Below are positions 15,456 through 25,305 of a stretch of 61,990 nt of DNA, in pieces. The DNA lies in the NCBI GenBank assembly GCA_019745315.1, contig JAIETH010000005.1, positions 1-61,990 on the forward strand, written 5' to 3'. Under the pieces are notes generated by a model, which had not been told where the DNA came from, searched no databases, and saw only the letters and a list, made by a program, of their open reading frames with translations. The DNA comes from Patescibacteria group bacterium. GTDB lineage: Bacteria > Patescibacteriota > Minisyncoccia > Phycocordibacterales > UBA918. The first letter of the stretch is position 1. Each line of letters opens with the position of its first letter. The position numbers and the translations under genes are program-made.

Positions 15456-16982
15456 TTAGCGTGCGTACTCAATCACTTTAGTCTCACGGATTACTGACAC
15501 CTTAATCTCTCCTGGGTACCGAAGTTCTTTTTCGATTTGACGAGCGATGCTCTGCGCAAGTTCAAATGCTTCAAGGTCACTCACTTTCTCTGGGGTCACA
15601 AACACACGTAAGTCACGTCCAGCTTGGATGGCATATGTTTTCTCAACTCCTTCGTGTTTGTTTGCAATCGCTTCGAGGTCTTCAAGACGTTTAATGTATT
15701 TCTCAATGCTATCACTTCGTACTCCAGGACGTCCTCCAGAGATTGCGTCAGCAACCTGCACGAGGATAGACTCAGTTGTTTCATACGGATACTCCTCGTG
15801 ATGGGCCTGCATTGCTTTGATGATGAGTTCATCAACGCCGTATTTCTGAAGAATCTTGCGTCCAATCTCTACGTGCGTTCCTTCTACCTCATGAGATACA
15901 GCTTTTCCGATGTCGTGAAGGAGACAGCCTGCACGCGCTATCTGGGGATCAGCACCAATCTCTGTAGCAATAATTGCTGCAATGTGTGCCATCTCTACTG
16001 AGTGCCACAGCACATTTTGTCCGTAGCTCGTGCGGTAGTGAAGGCGACCAAGAATTTTAATAACGTCAGGGTGAAGATTGTGTACGCCACATTCAAAAGC
16101 TGCTGCCTCTCCTTGTTTGCGCATTGTTTCGCCAACATCCTTCCGAGCTTTCTCAATAGCCTCTTCAATCTTTGCAGGTTGTATGCGTCCGTCGGCAATG
16201 AGTGTCTGAAGTGCGATGCGTGCCACTTCGCGGCGCACAGGGTCAAATGATGAGATGGTGATGACTCCGGGAGACTCGTCGATAAGGACATCAACTCCGG
16301 TGAGGCGTTCAAAGGTTCGGATATTACGTCCTTCTTTTCCGATAATTTTTCCCTTCAGATCATCACTTGGAATCTCAACGGTTGAGGTCATGATGTCGGT
16401 ATGTACCTGGTTTCCAATGCGATGGATTGCGGTCGTTATGATATCGCGAGCTTTTTCTTCGAGTTTTTCGCGTCCACTAATCTCAAGTTTCTGAAGACGC
16501 ACCATAATATCTTCGGCATTTTCTTTTTCTAAGCGCTTCATCACCATCTCGAGTGCTGCTTCACGACTCATACCTGCTACTTCTTCGAGCTTTGTATCAA
16601 TAGAAAGAGCCCGCTCGTCGAGTCGAGTTTTGATATTTTTGATATCTTCGATTTTCCCGCGCACCGCTTCAACCTCAGAATCTAGGTCTATCTGGCGCTT
16701 ATCAAGAAGCTCTTCTTTTTTTATAAGGCGTTCTTCTGTTTTTTCAAGGCGTTCACGAGCTTCTGTTACCTCTTTCTTAAGCTCTTCTTCAACCTTCTCA
16801 GCTTTTTGTTCTGAGCGTTCTACTATCTTCTTTGCTTCTTCCTTTGCGTCGAGCAAGATTCTTTTTACTTCAAGCTCGAGAGATTGCTTCTGTCCAAGGG
16901 CGCGAAGGTATCTAAAGTAATACCCAATCGCAAGTCCCAGTGCTCCCGCGATCGCGGTGAGTAGTATAAGTGCTATATTCAT
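15456..16982 (-). CDS. rny: Ribonuclease Y
   Basis: N-terminal TM and coiled coil, KH (KGKIIGKEGRNIR), HD (LLHDIGKA), ADAISGGRPG. Start moved to MNIAL. Confidence 0.95.
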   Translation of the reverse strand: MNIALILLTAIAGALGLAIGYYFRYLRALGQKQSLELEVKRILLDAKEEAKKIVERSEQKAEKVEEELKKEVTEARERLEKTEERLIKKEELLDKRQIDLDSEVEAVRGKIEDIKNIKTRLDERALSIDTKLEEVAGMSREAALEMVMKRLEKENAEDIMVRLQKLEISGREKLEEKARDIITTAIHRIGNQVHTDIMTSTVEIPSDDLKGKIIGKEGRNIRTFERLTGVDVLIDESPGVITISSFDPVRREVARIALQTLIADGRIQPAKIEEAIEKARKDVGETMRKQGEAAAFECGVHNLHPDVIKILGRLHYRTSYGQNVLWHSVEMAHIAAIIATEIGADPQIARAGCLLHDIGKAVSHEVEGTHVEIGRKILQKYGVDELIIKAMQAHHEEYPYETTESILVQVADAISGGRPGVRSDSIEKYIKRLEDLEAIANKHEGVEKTYAIQAGRDLRVFVTPEKVSDLEAFELAQSIARQIEKELRYPGEIKVSVIRETKVIEYAR

Positions 16983-17226
16983 ATGCTGCGTTTTTAAGCG
17001 CAACCAGTCGACATGCTACGTGTATAGAGAGATAGTACGTGTGTGCAGTTGGTAGATTATTCCGTGCGATACATAAATGTTCTATAGTCGGTAGGTTGTG
17101 TCTGTCGAGGCGGTCGCGCGGTATTCATTAATGGGACTTTTTCACTATACCAGCACTTTTTACAGATGTCTAATTTCTCGCAGTAGTTCATAAAAAAACG
17201 CAGGATCGGTTGATCCTGCGCGGGTG

Positions 17227-17490
17227 TCAGCGACCCCGTGCCCTCTCGATTGCGAGTGCACGACTTGCTGCGTCGTGTCGTGCGGCGTCACCATAGTCCC
17301 AGCGCTCCATAACCCAGGGGGTGCTGGTCTCGCATATCCGCACCTCTGCGGGAGTCGCACTCTCTATCCGGAGAGGAAGGCAGTAGACCCAGTCCCGAAA
17401 CGAGGTGTCGGGGTTAAGCAATACCACCGCAAGGAAGAAGATTCCTGCGGTGAGTGCGAGGAAACCAAGCAACTTTCCAAATACGGACAT
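17227..17490 (-). CDS. Small GC-rich membrane-anchored hypothetical protein
   Basis: MSVFGKLLGFLALTAGIFFLAVVLL..., followed by CACCCG and a terminator hairpin. Confidence 0.6.
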   Translation of the reverse strand: MSVFGKLLGFLALTAGIFFLAVVLLNPDTSFRDWVYCLPLRIESATPAEVRICETSTPWVMERWDYGDAARHDAASRALAIERARGR

Positions 17491-17598
17491 CGGATCTCTC
17501 TTTGAATGTGTAAGGGCTCGATACCCAAACGTGTATGAAATATACAACTTAATCTTATATATGTCAATATATAGGAAATTATGGAGGAGCTACCTGTA

Positions 17599-17916
17599 CT
17601 ACCGAGAGTTTTGTTGCTCGAAGTGTCGGAGAAGTATGGCTCGATCTTCCTCTGTCATAAGTTCTCCTTGTCCAAGTCGTCGCAGTACCTCCGAAAGCTT
17701 TCGTTTTTGTTCTTCAGGGTCTTCCATTTCTAATACAGAAAATATTTCTGCTCGCTCAATAACTTTTGAGTTTGTTGCTGTGTCTGGTCCACTATATCTT
17801 GCTGCGTGAGCTTTCGGCGCCTCTGCGGCGAGGCTACCCGCTACAAGGCTCGCCATACCCAGATTTTTCAAGTTCTCAATGGCTCGTCTAGGCTTACTAT
17901 TTGGTGACTCTTTCAT
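17599..17916 (-). CDS. Hypothetical protein with signal-peptide-like segment
   Basis: 105 aa; LGMASLVAGSLAAEAPKAHA followed by a charged helical region. Confidence 0.6.
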   Translation of the reverse strand: MKESPNSKPRRAIENLKNLGMASLVAGSLAAEAPKAHAARYSGPDTATNSKVIERAEIFSVLEMEDPEEQKRKLSEVLRRLGQGELMTEEDRAILLRHFEQQNSR

Positions 17917-18035
17917 ATATATAGTAGATTACGTTCGTATGCTATAATGGTAGCATGGCCTTTTGAGAGCAATCTCGATCTCCTTTGATAACAAAAAACA
18001 CCCCCTGGGGGTGTTTTTTGTATGTATGAATGTCT

Positions 18036-18647
18036 TTACTTAATCACTTCGTCTACAAGTCCGTACTTCTTTGCTTCATCTGCATCCATAAAGAAGTCGC
18101 GTTCCACGTCTTGTTCAATTTTTGAAAGAGGCTGACCGGTTGCTTTCGAAAGTATTTTATTAAGACGATCACGTGTTTTGAGGATGTGGCGCGCAGTAAT
18201 CTCAATATCAGTTGCCTGTCCCTGTGCTCCTCCCCACGGCTGATGAATCATGACTTCAGCATTTGGTAGTACTGAACGTTTTCCTTTCTTTCCTCCTGCA
18301 AGGAGAACGGCGGCTCCTGAGGCTGCGATGCCAACACACACTGTAGCAACGTCAGGCTTCACGTGGTTCATGGTATCGAGCATTGCAAGGGTTGCTGTTA
18401 CTGATCCTCCTGGTGAGTTGATATAAAGGAATATGTCTTTCTTTGGGTCTTCAGACTCAAGAAAGAGGAGTTGCGCAATCACGAGGTTTGCCATGTGATC
18501 GTGTATTCCTCCTCCAATGAAGATAATACGCTCTTTTAGAAGTCGTGAATAAATATCATATGCGCGCTCACCAAATTGCGTCTTTTCGACAACCATCGGT
18601 ACCAGCTGCGCGTGCTCGCTACTATGTTCAGAATTGTTGTTTATCAT
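18036..18647 (-). CDS. clpP: ATP-dependent Clp protease proteolytic subunit
   Basis: [44 protein letters not shown]. Confidence 0.97.
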   Translation of the reverse strand: MINNNSEHSSEHAQLVPMVVEKTQFGERAYDIYSRLLKERIIFIGGGIHDHMANLVIAQLLFLESEDPKKDIFLYINSPGGSVTATLAMLDTMNHVKPDVATVCVGIAASGAAVLLAGGKKGKRSVLPNAEVMIHQPWGGAQGQATDIEITARHILKTRDRLNKILSKATGQPLSKIEQDVERDFFMDADEAKKYGLVDEVIK

Positions 18648-18744
18648 GGGAGCTATAGTAACAAAAAAGTATGTGAATGAAAACTCTGCTCAAAAATAAT
18701 AAAAAAATGAGCCTGAACCCATTTTTACTTTTTTGAGGCATCCT

Positions 18745-18858
18745 TCATTTTTTAGGAGCCTCTTTCTTGTCTTCGTTTTTTGGCACGACCCAGAATAGGG
18801 CAGTGCCGAGTGCTCCGAGACAAATCCATGCGATGGAAAACCATATCCACCACCACAT
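18745..18858 (-). CDS. 37-aa Trp-rich single-TM peptide (not in the ORF track)
   Basis: MWWWIWFSIAWICLGALGTALFWVVPKNEDKKEAPKK*, a hydrophobic helix with a charged tail, between tig and clpP. Confidence 0.45.
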   Translation of the reverse strand: MWWWIWFSIAWICLGALGTALFWVVPKNEDKKEAPKK

Positions 18859-18997
18859 TGCACCGTGCTCCCCTTTGACTCCCTAGAGAAGATATCATAA
18901 TTCTAATATAGTTTGTAATTTTTTGATGGAATTATTACAAAAACAGACTGAATGCGTAGGCATTCAGTCTGTTTAGCTCAATCAAGCCCAATGGTAT

Positions 18998-20155
18998 TTA
19001 TTGGCTTTCGAGAAATTCCATTACCTGAGCATTTCGTAATACTGATTCTATATATACACGGACTCGTACAGGATCAGCTTCTTTGTATTCTGCAAGCACA
19101 TTCTTCATCTGATCCGCTACAGCGGCTTCGTCTGGAGTGAGGGACTCTTTTTTTGCTATTTCATTAAGAATAAGCTGCGTTTTTGCTCGTTTTTCAGCTA
19201 TAGGTGTCCACTCTTTGATAAGATCCTCTTCTTTTTTTTGTATATGCTCGAGGTATCCAGCGAGGGTAAGGTTTGCACGCTTGAGATCGTCTTCCATCTG
19301 TCCAAACATTTGTCCGAGTTCACTTTTTACGAGAACATCAGGAAGATCAATCTCACTCTCCTCAATAATGGAATCAGTAATCCCTGCGCGATGCTTCCCG
19401 ATGACATCTTGTGTTTTTTCTGTCGTCGAATGTTTCTTGATTTCTTCTTTGAATGCAGAAACAGAATCAAAAGCACCAAGTGTTTTTACATACTCATCAG
19501 TTAGTTCAGGAAGAGGTGCTTTTGTGATGTCTTCCTCCTCTGACTCCACTGTTTCAGGTGTAGGGAGGGAGATACCTTCTTTGGTGGCAGCATCGAGAGC
19601 TGCCTTACGTCGCGCTTTTTCTTGGAGGCGGTCGTAGGAAAGTTTTTGACGCTGAAGACGCTCAATAGCATCAGTGATTTCCTGCTCAGACACAACAACC
19701 TCCTCTTTCTTTTTGTTGGCTTCTTTGGCTATTTTTTTGTAGTCAGATAGTTTCACATCAGGGAGTACGGCGAGTTCAATGCGGAATCCAAAAGGGTTCC
19801 CTGGAGCCATTTTCTCAGCGTGCACTTCAGGTCGCCCTATGGCTTCAAGCTTAAAGTGCTCGATGATTGAAGGATATATGTGAGCGAGGGTGTGTTCGGT
19901 AACCTCAGAAAAGAGGGTCATTTCCCCAATATGCTTTCGGAGCATGTCAGCGGGTACATGCCCTTTTCGAAATCCTTTGATTTCGACGTCATGTCCGAGA
20001 TGTTCCAAAACATGCCCTTCGTGTTTTTGGAGCTCAGAAACAGGAATTTCTCCTGTAATACTCACCATTGATTTAGGCTTTTTCTCTACTTTAAAGGTTG
20101 CAATGAGTGCTGTGAGCTCCTCATTGTTTTCGTGGTGATTGTGATGATGATTCAT
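18998..20155 (-). CDS. tig: Trigger factor lacking the FKBP PPIase domain
   Basis: GFRKGHVP ribosome-binding motif and LPELTDEY C-domain entry. Start at 20155 is supported by TACACT 8 nt upstream. Confidence 0.9.
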   Translation of the reverse strand: MNHHHNHHENNEELTALIATFKVEKKPKSMVSITGEIPVSELQKHEGHVLEHLGHDVEIKGFRKGHVPADMLRKHIGEMTLFSEVTEHTLAHIYPSIIEHFKLEAIGRPEVHAEKMAPGNPFGFRIELAVLPDVKLSDYKKIAKEANKKKEEVVVSEQEITDAIERLQRQKLSYDRLQEKARRKAALDAATKEGISLPTPETVESEEEDITKAPLPELTDEYVKTLGAFDSVSAFKEEIKKHSTTEKTQDVIGKHRAGITDSIIEESEIDLPDVLVKSELGQMFGQMEDDLKRANLTLAGYLEHIQKKEEDLIKEWTPIAEKRAKTQLILNEIAKKESLTPDEAAVADQMKNVLAEYKEADPVRVRVYIESVLRNAQVMEFLESQ

Positions 20156-20248
20156 AGGCAAACAGTGTACAAGGGAATCGTGTATTTGCAAATTTTAAAC
20201 GCAAAACGGCGCGTACGCGCCGTTTTGCTATAGGTAGTGAGGAAGTAA

Positions 20249-20773
20249 TTATCCTGGAAATTTCTCACTATAGAGGGTGCGACTTCGTGCAAATGCTTTT
20301 TCTGCAGCAGCCTTGTCTTCAAATCCTTTCGTTTCAACATTCTTATTCTGTACTTTCTTATATGTTGCAAAGAAATGTTCGATTTCTTTCAGTGTGTGGG
20401 GGTTGATATTTGAAAGGTCAGTTACACCATCAAAGCGGGGGTCTTTCTTTGGTACTGCAATAATCTTTGCGTCACTTTCTCCGTCGTCAATCATATTCAT
20501 GATCGCAACAGGGCGAGCAGGCACGAGTACTCCTGGGAATAGTGGGTAGGTTGTGAGGAGGAGAACATCAAGTGCATCACCATCATCCCAGAGCGTCTTT
20601 GGTACAAAGCCATAGTCAAACGGGTAGTCTTGAGCCGAGTGCATAACGCGGTCAAGTGCAATCATGCCTGTTTCTTTATCAATCTCATACTTGTTCTTCG
20701 AGAACTTAGGAATTTCAATGATAACGTTCATTGTGTCCTCATTCCCTGGGTCGATGTCATGCCATAGATTCAT
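20249..20773 (-). CDS. ppa: Inorganic pyrophosphatase (family I)
   Basis: IIEIPK, KYEIDKE, YPFDYGF, DDGDALDVL, DDGESDAKI, FFATYK. Confidence 0.95.
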   Translation of the reverse strand: MNLWHDIDPGNEDTMNVIIEIPKFSKNKYEIDKETGMIALDRVMHSAQDYPFDYGFVPKTLWDDGDALDVLLLTTYPLFPGVLVPARPVAIMNMIDDGESDAKIIAVPKKDPRFDGVTDLSNINPHTLKEIEHFFATYKKVQNKNVETKGFEDKAAAEKAFARSRTLYSEKFPG

Positions 20774-20785
20774 ATATGGTTGTTG

Positions 20786-21994
20786 TTATTCAGCTGATAC
20801 TTCCTCTTTTGATGCATCTTCGGATTTTTCTTCCGTCTTAGGTTCTTCTTTTGCTCCCTTAGAAATAATATCAATTTTCCAGTTAGTCAGTTTTGCTGCA
20901 AGGCGTACATTTTGTCCACCGCGACCGATAGCAAGTGATTGCTGGTCAGCATTTACTTCAACAGTTGCTTGGTTCTCGGTAGCATCAGGAGCACTTTTTA
21001 TAGTTACTCCAACAACTTGCGCTGGTGAGAGTGCGTCTTCAATGAAGGATGCTGGATCAGCTGACCACTCTATAATATCAATCTTTTCTCCGCCGAGTTC
21101 GCTCATAACCGTTGATACACGTACTCCTCGTTGTCCCACAAGAGATCCTACCGGGTCAATGTGTGCGTCATTTGAGAATACCGCTATTTTTGAACGGCTT
21201 CCTGCTTCTCGTGCGATTGCACGCACCTCTACCACACCACTTTGGAGCTCTGGTGTTTCGATGGTAAAGAGTTGTGTAATAAAGTCAGGATGTGAGCGAG
21301 AGAGCTTAAGGAAGATGCCACGAGGAGTTTCTTCTACTGAGAGAAGAAGCGCGCGTACACGCTCTCCTGGTCGATAGCGTTCTCCGGGAATTTGCTGGTC
21401 GTATGGCATCACACCAGTGACACGTCCAAGGTCTACGTAGAGGTTGCCGCGCTCAAATCGCTGCACGATTCCAACGATAATATCTCCTTCTTTTTGTTCG
21501 AATTCAGCGAGGGCTGACTCTTTTTCTGCTTCACGAATCTTTTGAATGATTACCTGCTTTGCAGTTTGTGCAGCGATTCGTCCGAAATCATCTTTTGACT
21601 CGAGAGGGAAGACGAGTTCGTCGCCAACTTTTACCCCACTCTTTATATAGCGAGCGTCCGCAATCATGATGTGCTTTTCCGCATCGAAGTGCACGCGCGC
21701 ATTCTCAAGTACCGGAGCTGCCTCTGTAGCCTCCTTTTTTTCTTGATCTTCACCAAGCTCCTCGTCATCCTGATAGACAGTGGTCTCATCAGTTACGATC
21801 TTTACCTGATTAAATTCAGTAGCGCCTGTCGCCATATCAAATTTTACACGTACGATTTGTCCGCGCTTTCCAAATTCTTTTTTATAGGCAGTTCCGAGAG
21901 CTTGCTCAATGGCGTCAATCATTTTTTCACGGGGAATACCGCGCTCCTCTTCGAGCTGATTGATGACTGAGTGTATGACTTTTAGATCAAACAT
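20786..21994 (-). CDS. nusA: Transcription elongation factor NusA
   Basis: FGRIAAQTAKQVI, S1 domain, AREAGSRSKIAV, GQRGVRV, LAIGRGGQNVRLAAKLT. Confidence 0.97.
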   Translation of the reverse strand: MFDLKVIHSVINQLEEERGIPREKMIDAIEQALGTAYKKEFGKRGQIVRVKFDMATGATEFNQVKIVTDETTVYQDDEELGEDQEKKEATEAAPVLENARVHFDAEKHIMIADARYIKSGVKVGDELVFPLESKDDFGRIAAQTAKQVIIQKIREAEKESALAEFEQKEGDIIVGIVQRFERGNLYVDLGRVTGVMPYDQQIPGERYRPGERVRALLLSVEETPRGIFLKLSRSHPDFITQLFTIETPELQSGVVEVRAIAREAGSRSKIAVFSNDAHIDPVGSLVGQRGVRVSTVMSELGGEKIDIIEWSADPASFIEDALSPAQVVGVTIKSAPDATENQATVEVNADQQSLAIGRGGQNVRLAAKLTNWKIDIISKGAKEEPKTEEKSEDASKEEVSAE

Positions 21995-22318
21995 ATATAG
22001 GGGTAATTAGACTGTCTGGTAATAAAAAAGCCGACCGCGCGGTCGTCTGTGACAGATAGGAATAGTGTACTACGGACTCAGGAATTGTCAAAAGCTGCGT
22101 GATTTCACACCAACTGATTACCAAAATATGTAATAAGTCTTTTATTTTATTTTTTAATTACGTATAACAAAAAATATTATGTAATCCGTTTCAATATATT
22201 TTCACTATAAAATAATTTAAAAAGTAATTAGTTTATACACGAAATGTGCGCGAAAGTGCGCAGTTTTTTGTATGAGTGTTGCTATACTACATACATAAAA
22301 CTCTTTGGAGAAAATCTC

Positions 22319-24067
22319 ATGCGCATACAAGACGCACAATTAAAACGTTTTATATCTGACTCGGGACTTGTATCTGCGAAAGATTTTGACGCTGCGGTTA
22401 AAAAAGCAAAAGAAGAAGACATCTCACTCTCCGCTGCGCTCGTGAACCAAGGTTCAATGAGCGAAGACGATCTTCGGCGCGTTGAGTCATATGTGCTCGG
22501 TATTCCTTTTATTGCACTTGTTGATCGTAAGATTGATTTTGAAATACTTTCACTGATCCCTGAACCGATTGCGCGAAAACATAATATTATTGCGTATGAA
22601 AAAAGCGCAGATTCTCTCGAGGTTGCCATGCTCGATACCGCTGACCTGCCTGCAATCGATTTCATTAAGAAAAAAGTTGGACTGAAGATTCTTCCGCGCC
22701 TTACTGACACAGAATCAATGAAGATTGCGCTCCGTCAATATCAAAAAACTCTTAAAGATGAGTTTGGCGACATTATCATGAAGGAGACTGCGGCTCTTAA
22801 GGTGATAAAGGAGGGAGGTGACGAGATGAGTGGTGACGATCTCAAGAAAATGGCAGAAGATTTGCCAGTTGTACGTATCGTAGATACGCTCTTGCGTCAC
22901 GCCATCATTCAGTCAGCGTCAGACATCCATATTGAGCCGATGGAAAATGAGGTTTTGGTCCGATATCGTATTGATGGAATTTTGCATGACGCCATGATGC
23001 TTCCTAAGCGGGCAGCGCCAACGATTGTGGCGCGTATCAAGGTGCTTTCAAATTTAAAACTTGATGAAAAGCGTCTTCCGCAAGATGGACGCTTTAAGAT
23101 GGAGTCTGAGGGTACGCGCGTTGCGTTTCGTGTGTCGGTGCTCCCAGTATTCTTTGGAGAAAAAATTGTAATGCGTCTTCTCCATGAAGGGCGATCGGGC
23201 TATACGCTTGAAGGACTTGGTTTCCACGGAGAGTCTCTTGAGAGATTGCATCATGCCATGAAGCAGACCACCGGTATGATTTTGGTAACAGGTCCGACTG
23301 GTTCAGGAAAAACGACGACACTCTATACCGTACTTGATGTGCTAAATACGCCAGAGGTAAATATTTCAACCATTGAAGACCCTGTTGAGTATCAGATGCC
23401 GCGTGTGAATCAGACACAAGTGCGTCCACAAATAGGTTTTACCTTTGCTGATGGCCTTCGTACATTGATGCGACAAGACCCAGATGTGATCATGGTGGGA
23501 GAAATTCGTGATACTGAAACAGCGTCTCTCGCTATTAACGCTGCTCTTACCGGGCACTTGTTGCTTGCGACCGTGCACACCAACTCTGCTGCAGCAACAA
23601 TTGCTCGTTTGGTAGATATGGGAGCTGAAGCGTTTCTCGTTGTTTCAACACTTCGCGTGATCATCGGTCAGCGACTCGTGCGTAAACTATGTGAAGATCC
23701 TGAAGAATATTTTCTTTCTGATGCAGAAGTAGAAGAGATCGCGCGTCATGCCGACCTCGATCGACTCCTTAAGGTTCTCAAGCACGAGAAAGTAGTGAAG
23801 GAGAGTGCAAAATGGAGCACGATCCCGTTTTATAGACCAAAGCCGTCGCCAGCATGCGAAGACGGGTACAAAGGACGTATTGGGATACACGAAGTGCTCT
23901 ATGTGAGTCCTGCTATTAAAGAATTGATTATTAAAAATGATACCGCTGACGCGATAGACGCTCAAGCGCGAAAAGAAGGAATGCTTACCATGGTTGAGGA
24001 TGGAATATTTAAAGCAGCTCGCAAGCTTACTTCTATCGAAGAAGTGTTGCGTGTAATCTCTGAATAA
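22319..24067 (+). CDS. pilB: Type IV pilus / T2SS assembly ATPase (PilB/GspE)
   Basis: ASDIHIEP, RLPQDGR, Walker A GPTGSGKTTT, TIEDPVEY, RQDPDVIMVGEIRD, TGHL. Confidence 0.92.
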   Translation: MRIQDAQLKRFISDSGLVSAKDFDAAVKKAKEEDISLSAALVNQGSMSEDDLRRVESYVLGIPFIALVDRKIDFEILSLIPEPIARKHNIIAYEKSADSLEVAMLDTADLPAIDFIKKKVGLKILPRLTDTESMKIALRQYQKTLKDEFGDIIMKETAALKVIKEGGDEMSGDDLKKMAEDLPVVRIVDTLLRHAIIQSASDIHIEPMENEVLVRYRIDGILHDAMMLPKRAAPTIVARIKVLSNLKLDEKRLPQDGRFKMESEGTRVAFRVSVLPVFFGEKIVMRLLHEGRSGYTLEGLGFHGESLERLHHAMKQTTGMILVTGPTGSGKTTTLYTVLDVLNTPEVNISTIEDPVEYQMPRVNQTQVRPQIGFTFADGLRTLMRQDPDVIMVGEIRDTETASLAINAALTGHLLLATVHTNSAAATIARLVDMGAEAFLVVSTLRVIIGQRLVRKLCEDPEEYFLSDAEVEEIARHADLDRLLKVLKHEKVVKESAKWSTIPFYRPKPSPACEDGYKGRIGIHEVLYVSPAIKELIIKNDTADAIDAQARKEGMLTMVEDGIFKAARKLTSIEEVLRVISE

Positions 24068-24068
24068 T

Positions 24069-25298
24069 ATGGCAACGTTTCGATATACAGGTGCTGATAG
24101 AGAGGGAAACAGTGTGACGGAAGTTGTCACTGCAGACGATCGTTTTGCCGTATATGATATTGCTCATACGAATGGACATACCATCGAAACTGTCGACGAA
24201 GTTCGATCTCTCGATATAAAAAAAATACTACGACTTGAGTGGCTCAACCTCCTTTTGTCTCGGATTAAGCAAGATGAGATGGTTATGTTGACACGAAATC
24301 TTGGGGCAATGCTCAAGGCAGGACTTCCTCTGTCTCGCGCGCTCTCTGTTTCAATACGACAAACCAAAAACCCAAAGCTCAAGGGAGCTTTAATGGTTTT
24401 AAATGAAAAGCTTACGAGCGGAAACCAGTTTCATGAAGCGTTAGGAGGATTTCCTGCTATTTTTTCACGGTTGTATGTGGCAATGGTGCGCGCAGGAGAA
24501 GAAGGGGGGAAGCTTGCTGAAAGTCTCGATATTCTCGCGCTTCAAATGGAACGATCTTCAACGCTTCAAAAAAAGATAAAGGGTGCGCTCGTATATCCGA
24601 TGATTGTGATTACCATCATGGTTGGTATTGGAATACTCATGTTGATTTTCGTTATTCCAACACTCACTGCAACCTTTAAAGAATTAAATGTCGCACTGCC
24701 GCTTGCTACACGAGTAATCATCGCGACGAGTGATTTTTTATCACAACATACCATTATCGCTCTTATTTCAATGGCACTTGGGGTGTTTGGGATTATATCT
24801 TTTTTCAAAACGCGCATTGGAAGAACGGGCTTTGAATGGTTTTTAATTCATTCGCCGATTCTTGGGGGTATTACAAAGCAAGTGAACGCAGCGCGTACCG
24901 CACGAACGCTTTCCTCCTTGCTTGCCTCGGGCGTCAGTGTTGTTTCAGCGATTACTATAACGAACGACGTAGTGCAAAACTCTTTTTATCGAGTAATTCT
25001 CGCGGAAGCGGCAGAGCGCGTTGAGAAAGGAAAGGCACTTTCAGAAGTTTTTATTGAGCGCGAAGATCTCTATCCGTTGTTAGTCGGTGAAATGATTGCT
25101 GTGGGGGAGGAGACAGGACAGATCGCAGATATGCTTTTGCAGATTGCTATTTTTTATGAAAACGAAGTAGAACAAAAGACAAAGGATCTTTCAACAATTA
25201 TCGAGCCACTCATGATGGTTGTTATCGGAGGCATGGTTGGCTTTTTCGCGCTTGCTATGATCGCTCCAATTTACTCAATCTCAGACAGTATTAATTGA
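24069..25298 (+). CDS. pilC: Type IV pilus / T2SS platform protein (PilC/GspF)
   Basis: AMVRAGEEGG, ALVYP, MIAVGEETG, IIEPLMMVVIG. Confidence 0.92.
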   Translation: MATFRYTGADREGNSVTEVVTADDRFAVYDIAHTNGHTIETVDEVRSLDIKKILRLEWLNLLLSRIKQDEMVMLTRNLGAMLKAGLPLSRALSVSIRQTKNPKLKGALMVLNEKLTSGNQFHEALGGFPAIFSRLYVAMVRAGEEGGKLAESLDILALQMERSSTLQKKIKGALVYPMIVITIMVGIGILMLIFVIPTLTATFKELNVALPLATRVIIATSDFLSQHTIIALISMALGVFGIISFFKTRIGRTGFEWFLIHSPILGGITKQVNAARTARTLSSLLASGVSVVSAITITNDVVQNSFYRVILAEAAERVEKGKALSEVFIEREDLYPLLVGEMIAVGEETGQIADMLLQIAIFYENEVEQKTKDLSTIIEPLMMVVIGGMVGFFALAMIAPIYSISDSIN

Positions 25299-25305
25299 TT
25301 CCGTA

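Noticed and set aside
22157-22185. dif site (ATTACGTATAA-N9-TTATGTAAT)
   Set aside because: The central region is 9 bp rather than 6, and the right arm deviates from TTATGTTAAAT.
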